A stretch of DNA of 64,000 nt from Octopus vulgaris (lineage: Eukaryota). The notes under the pieces were generated by a model, which was given only the letters and a program-made list of their open reading frames with translations, had not been told where the DNA came from and ran no database searches. The DNA is taken from contig OX597826.1 of the NCBI GenBank assembly GCA_951406725.2, positions 77,128,001-77,192,000 on the forward strand, in the 5' to 3' direction. The stretch's first letter is position 1. Each line of letters opens with the position of its first letter. Of this stretch, positions 1 through 15,053 are shown one piece after another. The position numbers and the translations under genes are program-made.

Positions 1-329
1 TGAAAACGCTTTGAATATCCTGAAACATTTTTGGACTGATTTGAAATAGCACTCTTCCATTTTGGGATTTTTCTGATTTGATTTAAGTACAAATATAGTA
101 ACTATCATTATTACACCTGTTTGTTTTGATACTAAGATGGGGAAAAAATCCACCTTCTTTGTTAAAAACTTTCGATCTGAGTTTGAACCCCCCAAGAAGC
201 AAAATTCGTTTGGAAGAATAGCAGTACCAGTAGACTGAGAGTAAGCTCCATCAAGGCAACTAGTATTTCCTTCCAAGGTCGCTTAATTAACTGTTCTCTT
301 CCTCAATTGGCTGTGTAAGTTATTTCGAA

Positions 330-570
330 AATTTGTTATGAGGCAGAATTTGTCATGAGTATGATTCTAACGTCTTCCTTTGGTTTATTGGTTCTGGTCA
401 AAGAAATGATTCGCTGGACAAGATTAAGACGACACTGCTTTACTTCCTCAGCAAAACACTCTTTACCAGTTTGAAGAGGAATGTTAGGATAGAGGAAGAA
501 GAACCACACTTCTGGAAATGCGGAGCAACGTGGATGAGTGTCACGAGAATAATCTCTATGGTTAGTCTGC
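330..570 (+). mobile_element. Decayed 3' end of non-LTR retrotransposon ORF2 (L1/Tx1-like)
   Basis: Manual translation across a frameshift gives GLLVLVKEMIRWTRLR.../LKRNVRIEEE...WMSVTRI. This resembles, from recall only, the C-terminus of mollusc L1/Tx1 ORF2 proteins. Boundaries are approximate. Confidence 0.4.
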
Positions 571-715
571 TTTTGGGAGTGTTATGTACGCTTCAAATCG
601 GATGTCTAGTTTATGATGGGTTCCTATGATTAGCACAATGTGTCTGCCTTCCTTTTGAACAACATACACAAGCACACACACACACACACATACTTAATCA
701 CAAATACATCATGCG

Positions 716-719
<4 letters not shown>

Positions 720-780
<61 letters not shown>
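720..780. repeat. (TA)n microsatellite
   Basis: Perfect TA dinucleotide run; representative of dozens of such tracts in the window. Confidence 0.98.
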
Positions 781-783
<3 letters not shown>

Positions 784-883
784 TGTGATTATGTATATAT
801 TGATTATTGATTGAAGACACATTAAACAGTGATGATTAAAATAAAATTGCATTCTTAGTGGACTGTAAACGACTGATTCGGTG

Positions 884-947
884 TTCATAACTGATGAAGT
901 GTAACCACGCAAAATATGTGTTTCACACATGTATGAAGTCTTTCGTA
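884..947 (+). ncRNA. Degenerate type-I hammerhead-ribozyme-like motif with full stem III
   Basis: ttcataa-CTGATGA-A-GTGT(aacc)ACGC-AAAA[GAAA with G>A at a CpG]-TATGTGT(ttc)ACACATG-TA-tgaa. Stems II and III pair; stem I pairs only with a bulge. Confidence 0.5.
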
Positions 948-1074
948 GCCCATCTCAGTGTTTTCAGACACAGTTTATAAGCATTTCTCCCCTATGACTA
1001 ACACTCTAGCGAAGATCTTTCTACGTTTCAGTGAGCACGGACGTGTGAAATGCACACACACACACAGACACACA

Positions 1075-1149
<75 letters not shown>

Positions 1150-2297
1150 ATACATACATAATCATTTGCTTTTCATTTGTTGTTTTCTGTCATGTTTGCT
1201 GAGAGTATACTTATGAAAGATATGGTTGTAAATTTGTTCACAAATTTAATTTTATAAACGTGGTATCTGTGTTCTAGTTAATTAATCCACTCTGTAAATA
1301 AAGTCTGACCTGAAGTCGGTTTTGCAATTCATAAGGTACAGCCCACTACAATGCCTCAGAAAGCAGAGTAGAAAAAAAAAGAGTGTTATCGAAACCTGAC
1401 TATGGCTTTAACGAAAGCTAAAACTAATCGATTAGTTAAGTGCATCTCTCTTCTGAATTATGGATGGGGTCTATTTTATATTTTCTCTCAACTGGCAGGG
1501 AATGGTTAATCTTTTACTGAAGAAGGTTAAATACAAACTAGTGAGATCCTTCCTGTTTTCGGCCAATGGGGGAGACAAAAAGCTGCAGTGTAACCAATTT
1601 TTATCTTTTACACAAACGGCTAGTCTTGCACTAATAATATATATATAAATGTCTGTGTGAGTAATATATATCATTATTTATAATTTACGCATATCTATTT
1701 ATTTATTTATTCATTCGATCATGTATATGATTTCTCAATACTTAGCGGATATTTTTGCCCACCTTTTCGTTTTCACATATCCTTTAACTATTCTTTCGAG
1801 TTAGCAAATGAAAATGTAAACCGTTGTTTGGAGATATTTACAGCATGTGTGCATGTAATCTGAAAAGGAACAATCATGAGTCGGATGTGATAAAAATTAT
1901 GTATGAAACGAGAGAAAAAACTGACAACGCGCATAAAATGTAACCTCACATAAATCACAAGCCTCTTCCTTCTCGCAAACACTTTATATAAAGACTGGTA
2001 TCCGTGCGGACGTATGTGTGCTAATATCGTTGGCTAATATCGTTGTTAGACACGTAGTTTCCTCTCTTTTTTTTTTTGCTGTTTGTAGGAGTAGTAATGG
2101 AGGTGAGATGCTGTACACGTGTGGCGAATATCTATCTATTTACTTGTCTGTCTGTCCATCTACTTACCTATCTATCTATCTATCTATCTATCTATCTCCA
2201 CAGACAGACAGTCAGACAGGCAGGCAGGCAGGCAGATAGACAGACGGATGGATGGATGTTTGGGTGGATGGATGGATGGATGGGTGGATGGATGGAC

Positions 2298-2396
2298 AGA
2301 TAGATAGATAGAAAGATAGACAGACAGACACACAAAGAGAAAAGAGATAGATAGATATATAGACAGACAGACAGAGAGATATACAGACAGACAGAC

Positions 2397-2492
<96 letters not shown>
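2298..2492. repeat. (GATA/GACA)n microsatellite
   Basis: Direct inspection. Confidence 0.95.
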
Positions 2493-2670
2493 CAAATTTA
2501 CAAAAAAGCAAAAGACGAAGACAGGTGTAGGAACAACAAGCATGTGTATTAGTTTAACGCTCGGGGAAAATGGAAAAGTCGTTGACGTTTCGAGCCTACG
2601 CTCTTCGACAGAAAAGAATAAGAGGAAAAAGCGGAAGGAGGACGAGTGACAATGAGTGGGTTGCCGCTGG
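2493..2670 (-). mobile_element. Short hammerhead-bearing repeat, family H1, copy 1 (PLE pLTR/retrozyme-like)
   Basis: Reverse strand reads CTGTCGAA-GAGC(gtag)GCTC-GAAA-CG-TC at 2578-2616. Flanks are homologous to 37944-38143 and 54610-54810. Confidence 0.65.
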
Positions 2671-3700
2671 GTATAGGTCTACCCACTAGAAACTAGTCTG
2701 TTTGAACTGACATTCCGCTAAGAAAGCAAAATAAAGGAATATACTTCGAGTAGAAGCAATTCAATCATCACACATTTATATATATTCCCTTATATCCATC
2801 CATCCATCCACCCAAACATCCATCCATCCGTCTGTCTATCTGCCTGCCTGCCTGTCTACCTGGATGAAACAGAGAGAGTGACAGACAGACAGATATATAT
2901 ATAGAGAGAGAGAAAGAGAGAGAGAGAGCGAGAGAGAGAAAAGCACACACAACAACGGAATTACACACGCGTGCACACATCCATTCATACATACACACGC
3001 ACATACACACTCGCACACTGACGCAGGCTTTAACGCGCAAACAATGTCAGGTAGAAGGCAAACAGGCAAATGGAGACAAACAAGACGATAAATCAAGGTG
3101 AATAATGTGAAATGAAGTCAATGAAAAAAGTTCCTTTACGCCTCGTTCTTGATTATCAGCCATTGAAAACTTATTGGAATCGTTAAAATCTTTTATAAAA
3201 AGCAAAAGAAATTGTCCATCCCGAAATACAACAATATCTGTTTCAACACACAGTTTCACATCAGGAGACTTGCAACACAAATTCATAAACGTTTTATAAT
3301 ACCATTTGGTTCTTATTATTCTAAAGTCATCTTGTACCAATCTTTCAGTGTACACTGGAATAACCACGCTCTGTAAGAAACACACGCACGCACACACACA
3401 CATATATGTATGCTTCTATGCTTGTGCCATACATTGTAGGTTTTGTTTTTGTCTCTATCCTATGTCTATACTACTACTAATATTTTTACTATAATCATTT
3501 CTTAAATATAGCCACGAAACACGTGTCGTTATTCTACCAAATATATACGTTTTATTTATTATTTTGCACATTAATTAATCATCGTTATATTTTTTATCTT
3601 ATATTTAATTTTTCTATAATATGTAATTTTCTAAATGGTTTAACTTAATTTTTTATTATTAAATTGATAAAACGTGGTTTTTACTAATTTATATATATAT

Positions 3701-3763
<63 letters not shown>

Positions 3764-3804
3764 CATATATATACATATATAATACGTACACACACATAGG
3801 TTCA

Positions 3805-3880
3805 CAACAAGGTGGCAAACATAGTCCTCGAAAACCAAAGGTAGAGTAAAGCGCTATTTTATTAAAGCAGAAAAAGAAAT
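3805..3880 (-). repeat. Fragment related to the H2 pLTR-like repeat
   Basis: accaaaggtagagtaaagcgctattttattaaagcag resembles accagagttaaagtaatatgctttatttaaaagcag at 36533-36568. Confidence 0.4.
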
Positions 3881-4269
3881 TGTCATATTTTATGAAGCTT
3901 CTTTCGTGTCGACTCCAATAAAATAATATGTGTGTGCATGTTCATGTACATATATATACATATCATATATATATGAATATGCACACAATTATGTGTGTGT
4001 GTGTGTATGTAATTTAATTCGTTCTTATGCCTATGTGTTTACATGCATGTATAACGGCAAAGTCAATTTCCTAGTAATAAAACTCGCCAGTTCTGTATAA
4101 AATCTCATTCAAATACTGACTTTATAATCCAAATTTATACCTTCCTATGAATACAAATAAATATTTATAGCATACACATTTACGAATAAACATTTATACA
4201 CGCTCACGATTACACATTGAAACATAGACTAACATCCACACAAACGCGGATATTTAGAAACTTAGAAAC

Positions 4270-4375
4270 AGGCCGAGGTCGACTTTACCTTTCATCCTTT
4301 CAGGGTCGATAAGTTAAGTACCAGTTGTGTACTGAGGTCGATCAAATCGATTAGCCCCCACCCCAAAAGTTTCTG
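4270..4375 (+). mobile_element. SINE family A, 5'-truncated
   Basis: Body motif gccgaggtcgacttt.cctttcatccttt..gggtcgataa..taagtaccagt shared with the full copies. Confidence 0.8.
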
Positions 4376-4439
4376 CAGGAAAAAAACCCTAGACATAAAA
4401 ATTATAAAAACGTATTTATGTGATACAAGAGACAGGATA

Positions 4440-4622
4440 TTATGCAACGGTTTGCTCGTCACACTTATTTACGTTCTGTAGAAACACTACGCCGAGGTCG
4501 AGTTTGCCTTTCATCTTTTCGTAGTTGAGGAAATAAAGTACCTGTCGAGTACTGGGGTCGATGTACTCGACTTAACCCCAAGCATGATATTGCTGGCCTT
4601 GTGATAAAATTTGAAACCAATA
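4440..4622 (+). mobile_element. SINE family A, diverged
   Basis: Same body motif plus tail ggccttgtg..aaaatttgaaaccaat. Confidence 0.75.
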
Positions 4623-4837
4623 CGTATATATGGATGTATCCATCTATGCGTCTATCTCTGAGTGTATGCATGTATGAATATGCATGTATGTATGTGTGTA
4701 TACACACACACATATATATATACACTAGATATATATGGTATATATATAATATATATACATAGATAGATACATGCATACATACATACAACTACTAAATGTG
4801 TTTAGAGTCCTTTTCATTCGTTTGTCCACACATTCTT

Positions 4838-5416
<579 letters not shown>

Positions 5417-5564
5417 CTTTTGTCGCATCGCATTATTTTATTCGCGTTTGAACATTAAACCTTTCAGTTCGGGATTAACGGTCCTTGTTTATGCAATTTA
5501 ATCTCAAATTTCTGAGCCTATACGTAAATACGCACATAGGTAAGCACAGACACACAGACACACA

Positions 5565-5614
<50 letters not shown>

Positions 5615-6179
5615 GCACATGCACACGCCCACAGACAGACGCAGGTGTGCGCCCGCACACACGCACGCCCACACACACACACACACGCATAAACGTAAAC
5701 ACGTGTGTTCGTGTGTTGTGTGTGTGCGTATGCTTGTGTGTGTGTGCGTGTGTGTGAGCGTGTGTGTGTACACACGCACGTTGGTGTGTGTGTCTCAGTC
5801 TTTCTTTCTGTCTGCGTACCTGTGTGTGTTTGTGTGTTTGTGTTTGTGTGTGTGTGTGTGTATGCGTGTGTGCGTCTGTATGTACTTATGTATGAATGTA
5901 AATATACACACACACGCGCACACACCGAAATATTTATAAATACAGCGTTTGTTATTGTTTACGTTTGACATTCTTTTGAATTCCATTGATTCGAATGAAA
6001 GCTAGTCTCATATTCCCATACATACAGACGTGTGTGTTTGTGTATAAATACACGAGTGCTTATATGCACCACGAGTCCACATTTGCAGCATCTCGCAGGG
6101 AAAATAACGCGGTATTCTCTGTTCTAACGTTAAAAACAGCTATAGTTATTACGTTTTGCTATTACTGCGGGTTCTGTCA

Positions 6180-6495
6180 TATATATACATATCTATGTAT
6201 ATATATATATATATATATATATGGATTGATAGATAGATAGATATAGATATGTATATATATACATATATATATATATACATACATATGTATATATGTGTAT
6301 ACATATATATATACATATGTATATATATATATGTATATATATATACATATATATACATATATATATACATATATATGTATACATATGTATATATATATAT
6401 ACATATGTATATATATACATATATATATATGTATATATATGTATATATATATAAATATGTATATATATACATATATATAAATGTATATATATATG

Positions 6496-6570
<75 letters not shown>

Positions 6571-6650
6571 GTATATATATATGTATATACACATATGTGT
6601 GTGTGTGTGTGTGTGTGTGTATGTATATATGTACGTATACACACACACAT
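6180..6650. repeat. Compound (TA)n/(TG)n microsatellite
   Basis: Direct inspection. Confidence 0.97.
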
Positions 6651-7400
6651 GTATATTATATGCCGAATACATACACGTACATATGCTGATAAATAGAAAG
6701 GTATATGCAGCCATGGAAATCTGAAAAGAGATGTCGGGTGGAACGGCAGGAGTTATGAAAGAGAAAAAGAGGGAGAAAGGACAGAAAGCCAGGAAAAGAA
6801 GACGGGTATGTGTTTGTTTTTATGCGGGTGTTTGCGCACAGGTTAATGTCTCAGTGCAAATCCAGTGAAAACGAATGGAATAAAATATTGGTAGATTTTA
6901 ATTATTTCCCCCACAATGTGATTAGTGATTTGGATGAAAGAAATGAAATGAAGTAATCAAGTGAGAGGTATATGCAAAACAAAACGACAAATTAACAGCA
7001 TCCGGTATCGTTATCTCTGTGTTGTTTGCTCCACTTCCCTGATTATCACGGCGTTGAAAGGATTACCTGTCTGAAGGATAGGAGAAGCGTAAAATGTATC
7101 TTGGAATTTCGGTTAGGGAACAGAAAATTAGGAAAACCCAAAATAAAGCGAGGCTAATCATGAGGAAGAGAGAGAGAGAGAGATGACTGGAAGACGAATG
7201 AGCGGAAGAGTTTAAGATATAATATATAAATGACATCTGCTGGGCAATTTAACATGTGTCTAGAATATATATATGTATATATATATATAAATATATACAT
7301 ATATATATATATACATAAATATATATATACATATATATATATACATATATATATACATATATATATATATGTAGGTCCCGGGTTGAATATATATATATAT

Positions 7401-7493
<93 letters not shown>

Positions 7494-7694
7494 TATGTAA
7501 ATATATGTATACATATATCTGTATGTGTGCATATAACTATGTATGTATATATGTATGTATATATATATATATATACACAAATTAAAATCAAGATGTAGCA
7601 TTGGCCAGTAATTCATTGGATATACTTTAATGAGTCTATGTTAACGTCCATTTAAATATTATACACACACACACACATAAATATATATATGTGC

Positions 7695-7742
<48 letters not shown>

Positions 7743-7997
7743 CAGAGGGAATAATAGAATTGGAGTTAATATTTTCTTATACTAAAATTTACTCTCATAT
7801 TAAGTCTCATATTTTATTCTTCTGTCGGATATTCACGGCGTAAAAATTTTTAATTCTATCAAAATTTGCATTCAGAATTTGGATTCAAAAACATATATGC
7901 GTGGATTGACTGTTATATCACATACACACACACATATACACACAAACACACACACACACATTTATATATCGATAGATAGATAGCCAGATATATGTGT

Positions 7998-8043
<46 letters not shown>

Positions 8044-8435
8044 TTTATGCTTTCATCCTGTTGCTACTGGGAGGGCTTCGTCTGAGTGTTGGTGGGACCA
8101 AGCGTCAAATAACCGCACTGCAACCATAGAGCGCGTATGACATGCGCACACACGTCTGCTCAATCAAGTACATACAAGCATGCATATATACATATATATA
8201 TATATTCATGCACAGATTGACATTAGAAGTATTTGGTGTAGTTACTGAAACGGATTCGGAATTAATTACGATTATTATACATCAAAAAGAAGGACTAAAA
8301 TAAAATTTTTCCTTCAACGCTACCACGCCTCTCATTCGACAAACAAACACACACACATACACACACACAGATATATACACTTTCGTTTACACACACGTAC
8401 ACGCAACACATATGTATACATACATACAGATATAT

Positions 8436-8492
<57 letters not shown>

Positions 8493-8625
8493 CATATATA
8501 TATACATATATATATATATACATACATACATACATATATACATACATACATATATACATATATACATACATACACACACATATATATATATATACATATA
8601 CACACATAGATATACATACATACAT

Positions 8626-8656
<31 letters not shown>

Positions 8657-8986
8657 CATACATACATACATATATATATATATATACATACATAAATACA
8701 CACATATATATATATATACACATATATATAATTACGTATGTTATATGCGTAATTATAAAGAGACGTGTATATATATTATATACATACACACACATACACA
8801 TATATACATACATATATATATTATATACATACATACACATACACATATATACATACATATATATATGTAATATATTTATGATATTTATTATGCGTGTTTA
8901 TCTCTTATACAAATATCTACATATATATGTGTGTGTGTGTAAATATATGTATGTATTATAATATATACGCATGGGTATGTTTGTGC

Positions 8987-9017
<31 letters not shown>

Positions 9018-9826
9018 TGCGTGTGTTATAGTGTTATACGTATGTATATATTCCTTGGAATTCTAAATAGTCATTCTCAGTTTAAATGATATCAGAATCA
9101 ATTGCCGTATCCAATTTCAAAGCAACCTCGACCATCAACTGCATTAAGTTTTTATGATTCCCTCACCTAAATTATAATTCGAGATTGACTGTCAAAGGAT
9201 GAATGCCTCAGTTCGATTCACACACCCGCTTGGGTGCAACCTTCAACAAAGCTGCATGGATATGTCTACCTTGGATGAATATATATACAGCAACTGAAAC
9301 AACTAAATATGCATAAATGCTAAATCAAGGGGCATTGGAACATTTGCGCAGCAGAAACACGTGTCGGACTGAAATCTAATATCAATTTAATGTAAATAAT
9401 ATATAAACGATACTGTAATAAATTAACTTTAAAGCTGTATGATTCTCCATTCTCGTTTATAATGTCTTGAATGTGCACACACACATACACACACGCACAC
9501 ACACACACACACACGTACACACACACACATATATATATATATCAACACATACATGCAAATATATACGAGCGTGTGCTTGTACCTCTTTGTCTCTCTCTAT
9601 ATACACACACCACTCACACATGCATATGTGTACATACACATATGTACACTCAGACATAATACGCCAGAGAATCATGTCTGAGTAATCATGGCCGTTGTTA
9701 GATACTGGTTTTGTTGATATTTTAAATCCATCTTAATCGTATTTGCAGTACATCTAAGTATGGACTATTCTCAACATTATTTACTGAAAGAAGTTAAAAC
9801 TTTAGCATCATCATCATTATTATTAC

Positions 9827-9880
<54 letters not shown>

Positions 9881-10080
9881 GGCGGCGTGCTGGCAGAGTT
9901 GTTAACACGCTGGACGAAATGCTTAGCGGTATTCACATCCCGCCGAGATCGATTTTGCTTTTCATCCTTCCGGGGTCGGTAAAAGAAATACCAGCTGAGT
10001 ACTGGGGTCGATGTAATCGACTAGTCCCTTCCCACAAAATTTCAGGCCTTGTGCCTATAGTTGAAAAGACTATTATTATT
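9881..10080 (+). mobile_element. SINE family A (tRNA-derived), tail type 1, inserted in (TTA)n
   Basis: Head ggcggcgtgctggcagagttgttaacacgc; body ctttcatccttccggggtcg; tail aaaatttcaggccttgtgcctatag + (TAT)n. Internal deletion removes the B box. Confidence 0.85.
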
Positions 10081-10150
10081 ACTGATGGTGGTGGTGGTAT
10101 ATCAAAGATATTATTACATAATAACGTTAATATTATATAATAATGGTGAA

Positions 10151-10460
10151 GGCGCATGGCTTACGATCGTGAGGTAGTGAGTTCGATTCCAGGACCGGGC
10201 TGCGTGTTGTGTTCTTGAGCAAGACACTTCATTTCACGTTGCTCCAGTTAACTCAGCTGTAGAAATGAGTTGCGACGTGATTGGTGCCAAGCTGTATCGG
10301 CCCCTTTGCCTTTTCCTTGGATGACATCAGTGGTGTGCAGAGGGAGACTGGTATGCACGGACGACTGCTGGCCTTCCATAAACAACCTTGCCCAGACTTA
10401 TGCCCCGGAGGGTGACATTCTAGGTGCAATCCCATGGTCAGTTATGACCGAAGGGGGTAT
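10151..10460 (+). mobile_element. SINE family C (tRNA head + CORE-like domain + LINE-like tail)
   Basis: B box gagttcgattcc; CORE-like gtgttcttgagcaagacacttcatttcacgttgctccagt; homologous heads at 29900-30105, 32270-32556 and 42545-42740. Confidence 0.8.
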
Positions 10461-10660
10461 CAGCATATAATAATGGTATCATGTTGTCATTAATCATGTT
10501 ATCTTTATATTTTTCAACATTTCAAATTCAATGTTCGACCGTTATTAATGACTTATGAGTTTAGTTCTTGAGTCTATATTATTAATTATACCGCTCCTGC
10601 AAACTTCTGGCGTTGGGCTTCTACTAGAAAGCATTATTAATTTTATCAACGTAAGAAAAA

Positions 10661-10775
10661 CGGTGAGCTGGCAGAGTCGTTAGTACGGCGGGCGGTTGGC
10701 AGCACTTTGTCCGTCTTAACGCTCTGAGCACAAACACCGCCGTGATCCACTTTGCCAGTTTGAGTTTTTCGAATA
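10661..10775 (+). mobile_element. SINE family A fragment
   Basis: cggtgagctggcagagtcgttagtacg head followed by a diverged body. Confidence 0.65.
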
Positions 10776-10950
10776 ATGATATTGTATATGATTTGAGATG
10801 TTTGCCTACACACACACATATATATACATATATACAATAAATAGACATTATGCATATGGGTTATGCATGCATGTCTTTAATGAATTACTGAATTATACGT
10901 GTTTAGTGGTTTATATACTATATATACATAGATAAATATTTGTGCATAGC

Positions 10951-11009
<59 letters not shown>

Positions 11010-11508
11010 ACACACACAAATATGTATATATATATATATATATATTTACATGCATAAATATTTATGTATAGCTGTATGTGTATATATATGTGTGTGTGTG
11101 TGTGTGTGGATAAGGATAATGGAAAATGAAGACGAACCTTTACATCATTTATATCACCATATCGCCGACATATGTTTCGATAGATGCATTAAAATAAATC
11201 CAAGAGAACGAATAATGTGGAAAAATGCATGAATCCCACCAGGGAGATTACAAACAATAGCGTTCATCAATAAATCATTTTTGCAGATGTAAGAAACTAC
11301 AATATATAATATAAATGGAAAACAAAGTTGGATAAGGAACACCAGTAATTTTTAAATAGCGTTAATTTGACGTCATAGGACGAGAGGAGAACAGAAGGAA
11401 GAGAGAAAGAGAAATAAAGGAAAAACAGTGGTATAAACAAATAGAAAGTGAATGACAAATAGAAAAGGTGAAGGAATGATTAGGAGGTATGGGATGAAAG
11501 AATAAAGT

Positions 11509-11960
11509 TTAAGTTGCAGATATTATTAGGTAAGGGGATTGATATTTGAAATAGCTTAAAGATCTGTAAACACCTTCTTTATAGGTGTTGATCAGTGGGG
11601 GTTTGGAAAAAAGGATAAATAGTTTTTCGTTAGTACAAAGAGAGCAGAATGATTTTCCTTTATCATAGGGAAACGATCTTGACAAAATTTTCCAGTCCAA
11701 AGAAAACTGTTTAGTACAGTCTTTGAGATGCCAAATTAGTTTACAAAGACCTATAATATTATGCTTATGAATATATTTAAATGTAGAAAGATGGCTGGCA
11801 AGTCATTTTTTAAAATTCGGTGGATGAAATGCCAATGCAAAAATATTCTTTAGATCCTGCGGAAATTTTTCTCTTCATAAACGACGTTTTAATTCTGCAA
11901 TTTCCGTTGAGAACGCAAGTTTTATTCGGACCACAATTACAAGAACTATTGATGCTATTA
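11509..11960 (-). pseudogene. Penelope-like element GIY-YIG endonuclease remnant (Hydra-type CxCx5C linker)
   Basis: Manual translation with frameshifts: CNCGPNKTCVLNGNCRIK / NVVYE / SKEYFCIGISSTEF / KK*LASHLSTFK...LCKLIWHLKD...LDWKILSRSFPYDKGKSFCSLCTNEKLFIL. The VVY..(Y>C)IG motif, the conserved Arg codon now TGA, and the C-terminal CxLCxxEK motif fit PLE endonucleases. Confidence 0.85.
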
Positions 11961-13010
11961 TTTAAGTAGAGATTATCATTATTAATATTATTGTTATGAA
12001 ACCATCGAAGGATTTGAAAACCCCAGGAAGCAAGAATACGAGAACAGGATCGTTGGGTTCAAACCTTCGTTATGGGTCTTGTTACTTCTGTTGTAGTCTC
12101 ATGAATCATTATTGAAGATGTTGTGTCAAGCGTAGAGTCAGAAAAAGATGAAGTGCGGTGGAGGATCAACGGTGGGTAACATGGATCAACGAAAACAGAT
12201 CTTCAGATTATCACACATTTAATATAGCCACTAACGCACTGGAAAAATATGAATCTCCGTTCTGAAGGAGAAAATGTAGCAAGAGAAACTTCTGAAAGAG
12301 TCTCACTGAGGAGACAAAATAAAACATAAACAACGGGTTTGTATAAAGAGATAAACGTAAGGATGTAAGTAGGGTCATGGAAATAAGAACATAGATGTTT
12401 GTATGTGTGCATGTGTGTGTGTGTATGTATGTGTGTGTGTGTGCGTGCGCTCATGTAACAGGACTGCGTGCCAAAACACGCATGTCGATATATATTTTCA
12501 CACACAAATATACATTGAGTTTTAGCAGGTTTTTTTTCTCCTTCTCATGCAAGACTGCTCCTAATACTTTTACAGCATACCGACAAATATCACAGTCCAT
12601 TAATTTTCACTCTTTCTTTCGCGCTATCACTCTCGATCTCACCCCCTCTCTCTCTCTCTCTCTCTTCCTCATTCTCTCGCTCTCTTTCTCTTGTATTGTT
12701 GCTTCATAAAAAAAAGGACCCAAGCGCATACACACATAAGCACATTATATAAATGTGTATATACAGATATAGGAAGCTGCATAACTTTGTATATATGTAT
12801 GTAAATACATATGTAGGTATGTGCGTGTCTATATGTGTATGTGTATATATATATATATATATATATACATATATATCACACACACTCTCTCCCTATATAT
12901 GTGTGTATATATATTATATATATATATATATATATTTATTTATATATATATATATATATACTTATATATATATATATATATATATATACTTATATATATA
13001 TATATACAAA

Positions 13011-13049
<39 letters not shown>

Positions 13050-13397
13050 GCATGTATGTGTGTATAAATTTATACATCTATACCTATATTTCAATTACAC
13101 AATTTTTATTATTAGTTGATCCCTGAGGAGAGCATTATGTGCATACACACACAAACATACGCATTATTCCATATGCATATTTATATATATATATATATCC
13201 TTAGATCCTATATATACATATAAACACATATATATATATATATACGTACATATATACATACGCAATACAGAGATACAGTCATGCAAAAACATATATATAG
13301 AAGCATCCATACCCATGTACACATATTTATATCTGTGTATGTGTGTGTGCGTATTATCAATATTTATAAATCAATATTTTTTTTAATAAATTGCCAT

Positions 13398-13462
<65 letters not shown>

Positions 13463-13735
13463 GATATTTACATATATACATTATGCATAAGGGTTATATA
13501 TGCATGTCTTTAATAAATTATATATTTATATGTGCTTAGTGATTTTTATACTATATTTACATAGATAAAAATATATGCATAGCTGTATATATATCTACAC
13601 ACACGCACAAACATATATATGTATATCTGTAACTATCAAAGGATTCATTTCTCTCTCTGTCTGCGAATGTCCTTTTCTCTCACTCTCTCTTTTTCCCTTT
13701 GTCTATCTCAATATATATATATTATATATATAAAT

Positions 13736-13784
<49 letters not shown>

Positions 13785-13942
13785 ATGGGAAAAATGGATG
13801 CACTTGCGCAAAGTAGTATATTTATCACATATATAGATATTTACGTTATATGTACATAGTACACACATACACTCACATCAGCATATCTCGAACTATCTAA
13901 CTATTTATACACGAATCATCCATCCGGGTATAAATATGTATA

Positions 13943-13983
<41 letters not shown>

Positions 13984-13987
<4 letters not shown>

Positions 13988-14063
13988 GCATACACGCATG
14001 TGTGTATGTGTGTATATATATATATATATATGTATATAAGTATATAAGCATATATATATATAT

Positions 14064-14105
<42 letters not shown>

Positions 14106-14174
14106 CATACACGCATGTGTGTATGTGTGTATATATATATATATATGTATATAAGTATATAAGCATATATATAT

Positions 14175-14225
<51 letters not shown>

Positions 14226-14230
14226 CATGC
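13984..14230. repeat. Tandem duplication of a ~117 bp compound-microsatellite unit
   Basis: aaatgcatacacgcatgtgtgtatgtgtg...gtatataagtatataagc starts at both 13984 and 14101. Confidence 0.85.
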
Positions 14231-14609
14231 ATACATACACATGTATATGATCACGTGCACTCACATATGCACACATGCACAGAGGTAAATACAAAAGCAC
14301 TGCATTCAGTAAGGAGAATAAAAAATAGTGGAAAAGAATTCTCCAAGACTTTTGCATTTTCCGACACTGTTTATTTTCTATTCTTTTGTAAATAAGCAGT
14401 TTTCAAAGGATGACCGAAATTTGTCAATTTCGTATATATATATTATGCACACGCACTCAAACAAACAAACACACACACACACACACACAGACACACGAAC
14501 GCACGCACTCCCATATCGAGACATACGCACACCCATAAAATGCGCACTCATGTACGTACATGTATATATAAGTTGATTGAGTGATACATTGATGTGTATA
14601 CATTCATAG

Positions 14610-14675
<66 letters not shown>

Positions 14676-14840
14676 CATGCATATATATATATGTGTGTGC
14701 ATAAATGTGTATATATACATATAGTTATGCATGCACACATATAAATTCATGTATATATGTTTGTGTATGTGTGTATAATTATAGATTATTTTATACAGGG
14801 TATTCATAATCCGATGCACACAATTTTATATACAAGTACA

Positions 14841-15053
<213 letters not shown>

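Noticed and set aside
11776-11810. In-frame TGA in the PLE endonuclease as possible selenocysteine
   Set aside because: It lies at the conserved Arg position (CGA>TGA CpG decay) in a frameshifted copy; no SECIS recognised.
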